From Octopus vulgaris (Eukaryota), in NCBI GenBank assembly GCA_951406725.2, contig OX597816.1, positions 159,030,001 to 159,094,000 on the forward strand: 64,000 nt of DNA. The letters run 5' to 3'. Every line of letters starts with the position of its first letter. Positions within the stretch are counted from its first letter, which is position 1. The notes beneath the pieces are model-generated. The model worked only from the letters and a program-made list of their open reading frames with translations. It searched no databases and had not been told where the DNA came from. Shown here piece after piece: positions 13,703 through 25,680 of this stretch. Both the position numbers and the translations under genes were made by a program.

Positions 13703-13703
<1 letters not shown>
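13474..13703 (-). mobile_element. (TA)n-embedded Penelope-like terminal cassette containing a perfect 158-bp palindrome (13546-13703)
   Basis: Palindrome centred on GCT|AGC (13624/13625); the minus-strand arm continues through AATAAA into a T-rich tail and (TA)n. Confidence 0.8.
13628..13676 (+). ncRNA. Minimal type I hammerhead ribozyme motif (mirror copy on the minus strand at 13573-13621)
   Basis: Stem I AAAACTGT / ACAG(A)TTTT; core CTGATGA (13637-43); stem II CG-GCAA-CG (A.A at the 10.1/11.1 position); GAAA (13654-57); stem III ACTCAGAGT; cleavage triplet GTA (13664-66). Confidence 0.72.
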
Positions 13704-13766
<63 letters not shown>

Positions 13767-13849
13767 TTAATTATTTATTTTTGTTTATTTGGCACTTACT
13801 AACTTATAATTAATTTAATTTAATTTATAATTAATGAACTTATATCTAA

Positions 13850-14650
13850 GTTAATACTAGTAATTTTCTAGAAAATTACTAGTAATTAGTAATAACTTAG
13901 TAACTAGAAAATTACTAAATGGAACCCGGACATACATATGTGCCACTTTGGATCCTAACGTAAGCGATATTAACAATATTATGAATGATAATGATGGTAG
14001 CATTAATGGTATTGACAACGATAATGATGCTAACTTTAATGACACTTTGGAAATTAGTAGGAAGTAATATAATGTACTATTGACTATGTATATTTGCATC
14101 TAGGTACTAATATGTGTATGTTTATTATCAAAATATTAAGTTGAAAACTGAAACATTGAATGTGGAACATATATATGTTTACTAATTTATATTATTTATT
14201 TACATTATTATGTATATATGTATATTTTTATATGTATAGGAGTGTGAGTATATGCACTCATATGTATATGTATATCTCCGAAGAGGCCTTATGATACTTT
14301 TGTAAATGTCTCATTTATATCCATATATTGACCTACCATAAAAGGCTAATATTGGTAGAATGAGACATACTTATCTACATGGCCGAAACAGCTGTAAGAT
14401 GTAATCTATACTTATATTTATATTTACTTATATTTATATTCTCTTTTTTATATATATTCTACTTATTATACAACATTACTCTTTTATGTACACTTTTTTA
14501 TGTACATTCCTTTATGTACACTGATTTGTTCTGCTTTTTTTATGTTTAACCCTACAGTCTCTTATGTGGTGGTTTAATAAAGTATGTAATTGAGTATTAT
14601 CTGATAATTGATATCTGATTTAGATGTATTTCTCCATTTTCTTATCTTGT
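13850..14650 (+). mobile_element. Penelope-like element 3' portion: short 5' palindrome, ORF C-terminus, hammerhead-bearing 3' region, AATAAA and pyrimidine tail
   Basis: actagtaattttctagaaaattactagt palindrome at ~13856-13883; open frame ...LLNGTRTYICATLDPNVSDINN...EISRK* ending ~14067; hammerhead at 14271-14403; AATAAA ~14576; ends tatttctccattttct before TA. Confidence 0.6.
14271..14403 (+). ncRNA. Type I hammerhead ribozyme motif with variant core (CCGAAGA) and ~100-nt stem II
   Basis: Stem I TATATCT / AGATGTA; CCGAAGA (14278-84); GGCC (14285-88) / GGCC (14381-84) with internal ATGTCTCATT/AATGAGACAT and CTACCA/TGGTAG helices; GAAA (14385-88); palindromic stem III ACAGCTGT; cleavage triplet GTA (14394-96). 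Confidence 0.78.
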
Positions 14651-14814
14651 ATATATGTATATATATATTTAAGTGGGTGAATGAATTATCCTAGTATGGA
14701 TAATTCGGTTAATCGATACTTGGGTAGCAAATTCACGTCAGAAAACACGGTTGAAGCTACCTGCCAAGGGCAGAAACCCCGTGTTCTTGTGTGGAAATTT
14801 GTGTTTTTTTTTTT

Positions 14815-14930
14815 ATATGAATAAATGAAAGGATGGAGTCGAACGAAGATTTTAACAAAATTCCTTTACATGTGTTGAGAGTAAAGGAATTTTGTTAAAA
14901 TCTTCGTTCGACTCCATTCTTTCATTTATT

Positions 14931-14935
<5 letters not shown>
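14815..14935. repeat. 55-bp inverted repeat with 11-nt spacer next to (TA)n
   Basis: 14815-14869 pairs with 14881-14935 (a few G.T positions). Confidence 0.9.
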
Positions 14936-14993
<58 letters not shown>

Positions 14994-15539
14994 CTTTATT
15001 TTCCCCCTTATTTCGATTATCAGGCTTTAGACATGCTTTACCACGAACATAATAGCTTGTTTAGTTGATCACATCACACGTCTATTTATTCTAAGTATTT
15101 CTTGGTGAGTCGCTAAATTACGGAACATAAACAAACTACACCGCCTTTTAAGCGGTGTTAGCATAAATAATGACGGTGGCTTGCGTATTCGGGTGATTTT
15201 CCGCTAAAGTTTAACAGGGTAAGAGGTAACTTCTTGCTCTTAAAGACCGGTCAGTGTTTTCCTTCCCAACATTAGTCTCTTGGACCTTAACTGTATAGTT
15301 AATTCCTAAATCTGATTTGTATTACTGCCCAAAACACACACACACACAAGTTGTCGAGCTGGCAGAATCGTTAGAACACCGGCATTTCGTCTGTTTTGTT
15401 GCCGCGGTTGACTACCGGTGTCGATAATATAAATAACAGCTGAGTTCTGAGGTTGATGTAAACGACTAGCCCCATTACCTCAGAATCGCTGGCCTTGGGC
15501 CATAAATTAGAAGGGATCATTAATCATTATCATTAATAG

Positions 15540-15892
15540 ACGAGGTGTGGCTTTGTGGTAACACGCTTGCTTTCCAACCACATGGTTGCGGGTTCAGGCC
15601 CACTGTGTGGCACCTTGGACAAGTGTCTTTTACTATAGCTTCGGGCGGAACATTACCCTATGAGTAGATTTGGTTGACAGGAAAATGCAGGGAGCGTGTC
15701 GTGTGTGTTTGTGTGTGTGAACCGGTGTTAGTATGTATACGTCCCTGTAAGTTAGCGGTTCGGCAAAAGAAACCGATAGAATAAGTACCAGGCTTTAAAG
15801 ATAATAAGTTTTGGCTTCGATTCGCTCGACTAAAATTCTTCAAGGCGGTGCCCCAGCATGAGCGCAGTCTACTGCCAGAGACAAGATGAAAG
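15540..15892 (+). mobile_element. Family-B SINE
   Basis: tRNA-like head gtggctttgtggtaa...gggttcaggcccactg; body and 3' end ccagcatg.cgcagtc. Confidence 0.88.
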
Positions 15893-15919
15893 ACAATTTA
15901 TATATTATACACATATATT

Positions 15920-16123
15920 ACTCTTTTATTTGTTTCAGTCATTTGACTGCGGCCATGCTAGAGCACTGCCTTTAGTCGAGCAAATCGACCCCAGGACTTA
16001 ATCTCTGTAAGCCACGTACTTATTCTACCGGTCTCTTTTGCCGAACCGCTAAGTTACGGGGACGTAAACACACCAGCATCGGTTGTCAAGCGATGTTGGG
16101 GGGGGGGGACAAACACAGACACA

Positions 16124-16203
<80 letters not shown>

Positions 16204-16358
16204 TATATACATATATACGACGAGCTTCTTTCAGTTTCCGTCTACCAAATCCACTCACAAAGCTTTGGTCGGCCTGAGGCGATAGTAGAAGATACTTGCC
16301 CAAGGTGACACGCAGTGGGACTGAACCCGGAACCATGTGGTTGGTAAGCAAGCTACTT
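15920..16358 (-). mobile_element. Family-B SINE, near full length, with internal (CA)n/(TA)n
   Basis: Reverse complement of the family consensus along its length. Confidence 0.92.
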
Positions 16359-16689
16359 CATAAATGTATAAAACATAAATTGTCTTTTATCTATGTATCT
16401 ACGTATATACATATACATACATGTACGCGTTGTGTTGAATGCGTGTATGGATAAAGTATTAATATTTATATTTTCATTTTCTCTCTCTCTCTCTCTTACT
16501 ACATACACACATACATACACACACACATATGTATATATACACAAATAGCCAAAATATTACGACTGACTGTTATACGAGTGCAACGTCTCCCTGCCTTATG
16601 GTCTCTTAGACGACTTACGTATACACACACACGCTTACACACACACACACACACACACATATACATACATACATACATATATATATATA

Positions 16690-16881
16690 TATCCTTTTAC
16701 ACGTTTCAGTCATTAGATGTGCCATGCTGGAGCACTGCCTTGAAGGGTATTAGTCGAAGACTTTGACCCCAGGACTTATTCTTTGTAAGCCTAGCACTTA
16801 TTCTATCGGTGGAATTTGTCGAACTGCAATATCACAGGGACATAAACACACCAGCATCGGTTGTCAAGCGATGGTGGAGGG
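16690..16881 (-). mobile_element. Family-B SINE 3' part (inverted partner of 19878-20070)
   Basis: About 93% identical by eye to the reverse complement of 19878-20070. Confidence 0.9.
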
Positions 16882-17997
16882 GACAAACATGAACACAAAG
16901 ATACACACACTGAACCCGAAAGCATATGCTTGGGAACATAAATATATACACACACATATGTGTACATGCATATCCATCCAGCTATAATGTATATGTGTGT
17001 GTATATGCATGTGTGTGTGTTATGTATGCGCGCGCGCGCACACTCATAGTGATACATTTCATAAGATTGTTCGTATAAAACTTTTTCTCCAATACATCGA
17101 CACAGACTGAGGAAAAGATTAAATATTATTTTCTTTGTCACGAGAAATTCATAATTGAATCAGCGGAAGACATGATTCTTTATCAGTGTGTGCGTGTAGA
17201 TAAGGCGATAGATTAGTGTAGTGCCACAGAGTGTATGAGTGTGTATCTGCATGTCTGTGCCTATCTATATATACCTGTGTATGTATGTATGTGTGTGTGT
17301 GTGTGAGGGCATATGAAAGAAATCAGTGCAATTACACAAGTGAAAGCAGCAGTTGTTCGTACAATCAAGAAGAATGAGTGATGATGTCATCATACCAAAC
17401 AACCAATGATATTGTTTAACACTTGCGGTCACTTGTGACGTCAAAACATTGAATGGCAGCTGAAAGTAAGGAGAGGGTAAGTATTGGGTTCAGAAGCACA
17501 TGTAAGAATGACGAGAGAGTGAAAAAAAAAGAAAAGAAAGAAAAGAACCAACAGACACACACAAAGCATAAGAAGAGGAGGGGGTGTTAAAATAAGGAAT
17601 AAAGAGAGGAGAAGGGTATGAAGGGATGAGAATTGCTTGCAAGGATTAAATATAATAATGGTATCGTCAAGCAGCTATATCGGTAAAGGGGAACGAAGAC
17701 GGTTCAGAAAGCCAATCCCTTGTTAGTTAGTCAGCCTAACTATTTATGGGATGGGTTTGTGTTCTTATTTGAATTTATGTGTATGTATTATTTATATACT
17801 GTGTGTTTATATTATATATTTATATTATTTATATATACACTGACATGCATATACCTACATGCACGTAAGACAACATATACATACTCATTTATACATGAAT
17901 ATATACATACACATGAATATATAACATATATACACATCTATACAAACGTATGTCTGTATGTATATGTGTGTGTGAGTGTGTACGAATGTGTATAAAT

Positions 17998-18043
<46 letters not shown>

Positions 18044-18196
18044 GTGTGTGTATGTATACTTACATATACATAAATACATCTGTGTGTGCATATTTATATA
18101 CATACACATATAACATCTTGGGCAAGTGTCCTCTGCTATAATGCCGGACCGAGCAATGCCTTGTGAAGTTGGTAGGCAGAAAGTGTGGAAAGCCGC

Positions 18197-18245
<49 letters not shown>

Positions 18246-18302
18246 TAAATCTTTAATTTGTTTCAGCTTTAATGCTGCGGTCATGCTAGGACACTGCCGT
18301 TG

Positions 18303-18395
<93 letters not shown>

Positions 18396-18531
18396 TATAT
18401 ATATGTATACACATATATATATATGTATACACACACACACACATATAAGTATGTATATATAATGTAATGACATGTTACAGCTATCTATGTATACACGCAA
18501 ATATAGTCATATAGTCATACTTGTACGTGTT

Positions 18532-18586
<55 letters not shown>

Positions 18587-19063
18587 ATATATATAACTAG
18601 GAATCTGCGAATGTGAGTCAGTTAAGCAAAATTCCTAAGGAATTCAGTCGGTATGGTAAGGGTAGAGGTTGGGGGAAGAAGGTATCTGTATCAAGAAGCC
18701 TTCAAACAAAATAAAGAAATGTGATGATAAATAAAGTAAAACAAAAATAAAGCAAAGCGGATGCTAAGGTCAAAAGACGTGACAACACGAGGAGAGTTAT
18801 TCACCTCGAAGTCAGTGACAGCTGCATTTACTATAACAAAAGAATTGCTTGAGAAAAAGGGCGGGAAATAGAATCATATGAAAATGGAAAGACCTTTTTG
18901 TGCTCATCAGCGTTGTCATCTCTTTCAGCGTTGAAATGATTAGGGGAGAGGGACATTTTTTTTCAAGGATTGTCGAGAAGGCGATGGGAAATAAACAATG
19001 AAAGGCAAAGAAAAGGAGCAAATGCTTTAAAGAAAAATGACTCCGTAGTCATCCCGGAATAAA

Positions 19064-19327
19064 AAATTTTAAAAAATGTGCCCCTTTTTTAAAGCCTAGC
19101 CAGGCTCATGGGCCCGGTTTCCTGGTTTCTATGGCGTATGTGTTCCTGAGCTGGACGGGACGCCAGTCCATCGCAGCGTTACTCATTTTTGCCAGCTGAG
19201 TGAACTGGAGCAACATGAAATGAAGTGTTTTGCTCAAGAACACAACGCGTCACCCGGTCCAGGAATCGAAACCACAATCTTACGATCATGGTGCTGACAC
19301 CCTAACCACTAAGCCACGCGCCTCCAC
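19064..19327 (-). mobile_element. Full-length tRNA-derived SINE (third family) with 14-bp TSD
   Basis: TSD catcccggaataaa at 19050-19063 and 19328-19341; A box TGGCTTAGTGG and B box GTTTCGATTCC on the minus strand. Confidence 0.93.
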
Positions 19328-19877
19328 CATCCCGGAATAAACCTAGGATTATTTTTGTGATAGCCATGGCCATAGCGTTTGTTCTTTCTTTATCAAGAAT
19401 TTCCTTGTCTAAATGCAGTCTTGGGTAACTTGTGCCCGCGGAGCTTTCTGAATAACACACCTGATAAATAATTACTTTCAGTGATTTTAGTAGCGAGGTC
19501 CGTCTGATAATATGGCATGTCTCATGCGGCCCGCTTCTCGAAAAAAAGGTTACCCATGCCTAGTCTAATATGTTCCTTCTTTGTTTTTCTAATAGGGAGC
19601 GATTTGATGAGGATTTGGTCACTATTTCTTGCAGGTCGAGGTAACACGTAGCGGTTCCTTCGTTTGTTCGTACCATTCTGTCCTGTTAGAGTTAATTATG
19701 AATACATAATCGAATGTGTCTTGCCCTTATGCAGAGCGGTGGTGTTATTTAAGCGAGATTTAGCTACTATTTCTACCAAGTCGAGTGACCACGTACAGTA
19801 TCACTCGTCAGCTGATCGTTATTTGCTTGCAATTGGTTATTTTACTTCTTTGTCTAGAAGCAGGCGCGAAACCATAA

Positions 19878-20070
19878 CCTCCACCATCGCTTGACAACCG
19901 ATGCTGGTATGTTTATGTCCCTGTAATATTGCAGTTCGACAAATTGCACTGATAGAGTAAGTGCTAGGCTTACAAAGAATAAGTCCTGGGGGTCAATTTC
20001 CTCGACTAATACCCTTCAAGGCAGTGCTCCAGCATGGCACAGTCTAATGACTGAAACATGTAAAAGAATG
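19878..20070 (+). mobile_element. Family-B SINE 3' part
   Basis: ccaccatcgcttgacaaccgatgctgg...ccagcatggcacagtctaatgactgaaac. Confidence 0.9.
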
Positions 20071-20075
20071 AAGGG

Positions 20076-20116
<41 letters not shown>

Positions 20117-20129
20117 CGTCCGATCGAAA

Positions 20130-20400
20130 AGGGTGGTGGTTCGAGCAGTTCCTGTTCGGTTTGAACTTCTATATGTTGAAGCATGTATAGAATTCCAGAG
20201 GGATGCACATCTGGGATGGAAGGTTTGAAATATTTGTATATGCACGAGATGTGACGATGAGACATGGTAGATGAGAGTGCGGGAGGTGGGCTTAGACGTA
20301 GGTCGCATACATCTTATTAATTCAGAGTGAGACAAGAGCCACTGTGATAGCAACAGTGAGAGAACGGATGAAAGAACGCTTATGTGTTGGACAGCAGATC
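20130..20400 (-). mobile_element. Possible decayed L2/CR1-group LINE 3' end
   Basis: Minus-strand frames resemble S.EL...P......R.T......H...F.PR...LWNS.......FK. Confidence 0.45.
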
Positions 20401-21070
20401 TTTACAATCTCGCAATGCTTGCGCGAGCAGAAATATTTCTAATATAAGTAGCACTTACGATTTTCTAAGGGACCCGGAATTGCTCTGAGCTGTAGTATTT
20501 TACGTGACTTCTTTTTTTTCTTTATCTGGGAGTAGTTACATAAAAGTTCAGATATGTATTAAAACTCATTACATTTTAAAACTTTGTGAAAGTCACGATG
20601 TCAAGTTAAAGTGATTTAACGCATTTCAAAAAGAGAATTAAATATTTCATTATTTGGTATTTAGGCTAATAAGTATAAGAGGCCATTATACACACACACA
20701 CACACACATACATACAATACAATACACATTGCAATTTTGTGGTATCGTGTTTGGTCCGTCCCACTGCGCAGTATCTGGAGCAAGTGTCTTCCCGTACAGC
20801 TTCAGAAGTGTAGCTTAAAAGTTCGCTTGGCAGCCGTGGAATTTCAGCTTTAGTCACATTGCGCGGAAATCTAGGCAAGTGTCTTCTACTTTAGCCCCGA
20901 TCGAGCAACACTTTGTGAGTGGATTTGCTAGGCAGAAACTATGCAGAAGCTCGCCGAGTGAGTGAGAGAGAGAGGGAATGAGTGAGTGAGTGAGTGAGGG
21001 GAGGAGGGAGGGAATGAGTGAGTGAGTGAGTGAGTGAGTGAGTCTGTGTGTGGTAGGTCTGAAACTGATT

Positions 21071-21487
21071 AAAGGCGGCGAACTGGCAGAATTGTTAGCA
21101 CACCGGGCGAAATGCTTAGCGGTATTTCGTCTGCCGTTACGTTCTGAGTTCAAATTCCGCCGAGGTCGACTTTGCCTTTCATCCTTTCGGGGGTCGATAA
21201 ATTAAGTACCAGTTACGCACTGAGGTCCATATAATCGACTTAATCCGTTTGTCTGTCCTTGTTTGTCCTCTCTGTGTTTAGCCCCTTGTGGGTAGTAAAG
21301 AAATAGGTATTTCGTCTGCCGTTACGTTCTGAGTTCAAATTCCGCCGAGGTCGACTTTGCCTTTCATCCTTTCGGGGTCGATTAAATAAGTACCAGTTAT
21401 GCACTGAGGTCCATATAATCGACTTAATCCGTTTGTCTGTCCTTGTTTATCCCCTCTGTGTTTAGGCCCTTGTGGGTAGTAAAGAAA
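21071..21487 (+). mobile_element. Dimeric family-A SINE with 17-bp TSD
   Basis: TSD taggtctgaaactgatt at 21054-21070 and 21488-21504; internal ~185-bp unit repeated. Confidence 0.95.
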
Positions 21488-21937
21488 TAGGTCTGAAACT
21501 GATTGTCCACCCCCACCTTTTTTCTCAGTCTTGGTTCACAAGATTAATCTTATTTCTTCGTCCGTCTTTTCAAAGATGGCGTTCAGCCTTGAACGAGCAT
21601 GATCTAAATCATTCTAACTATGACTACCATTTCGTTTGGGGCATTTTCATCTCAATCTACATTATCCAAAATTTCCTTTATTTCTTTTCAGCATATCTTT
21701 AGGTCGAAGTGTGTATACTTTAGAGAGATTTGGCCGCTACTTCAAGCGGGTCAATCAATCACATTGAAGCTCGCTCCCAAATTATTAAGATTGTGGCTAA
21801 ACTGGGACAAACTACGAGTAATTATCGTTTCTCCTAACAAAATTGTGATGTACTTATTTGGTGTTAAGCAGAGTAGAGAAATGGCAGAGTCTGTTTCAGC
21901 TCAACATGTATCCCGTCAAAACAAAGCTTTAATTTCT

Positions 21938-22345
21938 TATTCTTTTACTTCTTTCCGTGATCTGACTGCGGCCATGCTGGAGCACCGCCTCGAAGGGTTT
22001 TTAGTCGAACAAATCGATCGCAGGATTTATTTTTTAAGTCTAGTACTTATTCTATCGGTGTATTTTGTCGAACCGCTAAGTTATGAGGATGTAAACACAC
22101 CAACACCGGTTATCAAGCGGTGATGAGAGGACAAACACAAGCACAAAAACACAAGCACAAAATCACACACACACACACACACACACATATATACGACGGG
22201 CTTCTTTCCGTTTCTGTCTATCAGATCCCCTCACAAGGCTCTGGTCGGCCCAAGGCTATAGTGGAAAACCCTTGCCCTTGGTGCCACTGCCTGGAATCAT
22301 GTGGTTGAGAAGCAAGCTTCTTACCACACAGTCACGCCCGCACCC
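21938..22345 (-). mobile_element. Family-B SINE
   Basis: Reverse complement of the family consensus. Confidence 0.9.
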
Positions 22346-22364
22346 ATGTATGTATATTATTATT

Positions 22365-22962
22365 TGGTCTGTCGCTACGTTCTGTGTTCAACTTCCACCG
22401 AGGTCGACTTTGCCTTTCATCCTTTCGGGGTCGATAAATTAAATACCAGTTACGCACTGGGGTCGATATAATCGACTTAATTCGTCTGCTGTCCTTGTTT
22501 GTTTGTCTCCTCTGTGTTTAGCCCCTTGTGGGTAGTAAAAAAATAGGTATTTCGTCTGTAGCTACGTTCTGAGTTCAAATTCCGCCGAGGTCGACTTTGC
22601 CTTTCATCCTTTCGGAGGTCGATAAATTAAGTACCAGTTACGCACTGGGATTAATGTAATCGACTAGTCCTCTCCCCCCCAAAACATTCCAGGCCTTGTG
22701 CCTATAGTAGAAAGGATTATTATTATTACATGCTAAGGCAATGAGTTGGCAGAATCGTTAGCCCTCTGGACGAAATGCTTAGCGGTATTTCGCCCGTAGC
22801 TAACGTCTGAGTTCAAATTCCGCTAAGGTCGACCTTGTTTTTCACTTTTTTGGGGCTGATAAATGAAGTACCAGTGAAACACTAAGGGTAGAGGTAATCA
22901 ACTAGTACCCTCACCCAGAATTTAAAGTCTTGTGCCTTTAGTAGAAAGGATTATTATTATTA
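22365..22962 (+). mobile_element. Tandem cluster of family-A SINE units ending in (TTA)n
   Basis: Three gagttcaaattcc...cctttcatcctttcgggg units. Confidence 0.9.
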
Positions 22963-23210
22963 TTAGTAGTAGTAAATATATTGGGTTTAAAAACGCTAAA
23001 AGGATTAAACAGTTTTCTCGAAAAGGAAAATAAAAGCAGTTGATACTGTCAATTTCCATAGAAAACTATTACTGAACGACATTTCAGAAAACACAAAAGG
23101 ATGACTTGTGAAAAGCTTCCTGACAACATCATTGAGAAAAGAATGAAGCAATGTGCTTAGTTTTGTAGATCGAGTTTATCTTTTGAAAAACAATGTTCTA
23201 AGAAATAGAG

Positions 23211-23350
23211 TATACATACATACATACATACATACATACATACATACATACATACATACATACATACATACATACATACATACATGCATGCATGCATGCA
23301 TGCATACATACACAACCACACACACACGCGTATGTATGTATGTATGTATA
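23211..23350. repeat. (TACA)n microsatellite
   Basis: Direct observation. Confidence 0.95.
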
Positions 23351-24234
23351 TTGTTGTTGTTTAATAGCTGAGTCATGGAGGGAGGGCGTAGTCTTCTTAC
23401 TTACTGATGCCGCCTCGTGTAACAGACATTCTTCGCCGAGATACGTTGCTTGTAGAAAATAGTTCTACTAGCACATGTAATTTGGTGAGACCTAAGATAT
23501 TATGAATGAGTGAAATTGCATAAAGTCGTTTAAAACGAGAAAGAGGAGGAGGAGGAGAGCGCGACATGATAAATTATATAATGACATGGGAATTTATTGC
23601 AGTTAAATTTAACGGTTTAAAACAAAATAGGAAAGCATATTCGGTTTTCATATTTCCAATGAATTTACCAAAATTTACAGCAGAGAAGATTTTTGAAAAT
23701 AAAGTATTAAAAAGAAAATAAAAAGTATAAAAAATCTATCGGATTTTAAGGTCAGAATGTCCAAATCTTTATCAATCCAAAATAATGGTGAATTCCTCCC
23801 ATTTATGTCTTCGTGTTCCTTCTTATAGGAAAAAGTGAAAATAAAACTTTTCTGACTGTGGCACACACTGTCAGGAATTAATGGATGTTTATGACAAGAC
23901 TGCGTAAACTACTTTAAAGACCCTGCCTCCAGTGACCTGGCTAATACTAATAAAATACAATTTTGTCAATGCGAGGAGCCATTTCGTCGGCTTCTGTTAA
24001 CTTCTTTTCCATACCCCGCCCAGAAGCCTTGCTTTCTATGCAAATCCTCCTCTCAAATAAATTTCAGTTCTCCGACTTCGGTTATATTCTACTTTTCTTC
24101 CATTCCTTCTGTTGCTAGTGTAGTCTGTTACTCTAAATTTCTCGTTCCAGCTCTTCTTGTCAATTCCAATTTCTCATAAATCTACGCTCCACGTTTTGTG
24201 GCATAGTGGTTGTGATAGGAATCCCACCATACTG

Positions 24235-24235
24235 T

Positions 24236-24296
<61 letters not shown>

Positions 24297-24524
24297 TACA
24301 TACATATATATATACATACATATACATACATACATATATACATACATACATATATATACATACATACATATATATACATACATACATATATATACATACA
24401 TACATATATATATACATACATACATATAACATACATACATACATATATATACATACATACATATATATACATACATACATATATATACATACATATATAC
24501 ATACATACATACATACATATATAC

Positions 24525-24565
<41 letters not shown>
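24235..24565. repeat. (TACA)/(TA) compound microsatellite
   Basis: Direct observation. Confidence 0.95.
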
Positions 24566-24567
<2 letters not shown>

Positions 24568-25267
24568 ATGTTAGTCTGTCTACTTGGTATTTTTCCCTCA
24601 CACCTCTATCTTTACTCTTAGTCAACAGTACACTCAGAAGTACGGCCCCAACTTTCACCCTGGATACAAGACATGCAAAGCAGTGCTTTAGTCTGGACTT
24701 AACGGCGATGGCTGAAAACAAAATAAAAGATCAACCATAAACTAATTTGCTGGTTTAGTGTTTTCCGTAACTGAAGAGGAATGGTACAGCAATATTTCAT
24801 AACATGGAGGCCACAGTTGAAGGCTATCTTCGCATTGTAACATCGAAGACACACAGAGGTGGTTTCATGTTGCCAACTCTGGACCCATAAATGTAACTAA
24901 GGCTCTGCATTATAAACAAGCGAAACACTCCTCAGTCATGGCTTGGCGAGTAAATCTGCACTCCAGTTTCTGTTTTTGGTTATGCTTATTTCGATTCATT
25001 TATGCCGTTAATATCTTAAGAAACACTTCCTCCTGTACAACTTTGCTTGTTAGCACCTTTAACAGTATTCACTCCAGTGTAGATGTTACAATCCTTCATT
25101 CCTCCTTAACTTTCCGTTCACACACGTCATCCACATGCAACCCATACAACACAAGCTAATCCTGTATCGCCTCTGTGGATACACATCTCTAAAACATCTT
25201 TCAGTGTAGCTCATGACATTATTGACTCTTTCAATGGCACAATCAGAAGCGGTATTCATATCAAGAA

Positions 25268-25680
25268 TTAAGGCGGCGAGCTGGCAGAAACGTTAGCACG
25301 CCGGGCGAAATGATTAGCGGTATTTCGTCTGCCGCTACGTTCTGAGTTCAAATTCCGCCGAGGTCAACTTTGCCTTCCATCCTTTCGGGGTCGATAAATT
25401 AAGTTACGCACTGGGGTCGATGTAATCGACTTAATACCTATGTCTGTCCTTGTTTGTCCGCTCTGTGTTTAGCCCCTTGTGGGTAATAAAGAAATAGGTA
25501 TTTCGTCTGCCGCTACGTACTGAGTTCAAATTCCGCCGAGGTCAACTTTGCCTTTCATCCTTTCGGGGTCGATTAAATAAGTACCAGTTACGCACTGGAG
25601 TCGATATAATCGACTTAATCCGTTTGTCTGTCCTTGTTTGTCCCCTCTGTGTTTAGCCCCTTGTGGATAGTAAAGGAATA
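25268..25680 (+). mobile_element. Dimeric family-A SINE with 17-bp TSD
   Basis: TSD ggtattcatatcaagaa at 25251-25267 and 25681-25697. Confidence 0.95.

Noticed and set aside
18890-18930. Minus-strand CTGATGA near a cagcgttg direct repeat
   Set aside because: No correctly placed stem II/GAAA/NUH
19240-19327. tRNA gene (A and B boxes); also many similar SINE heads
   Set aside because: No full cloverleaf; continuous with a SINE body and bounded by a TSD
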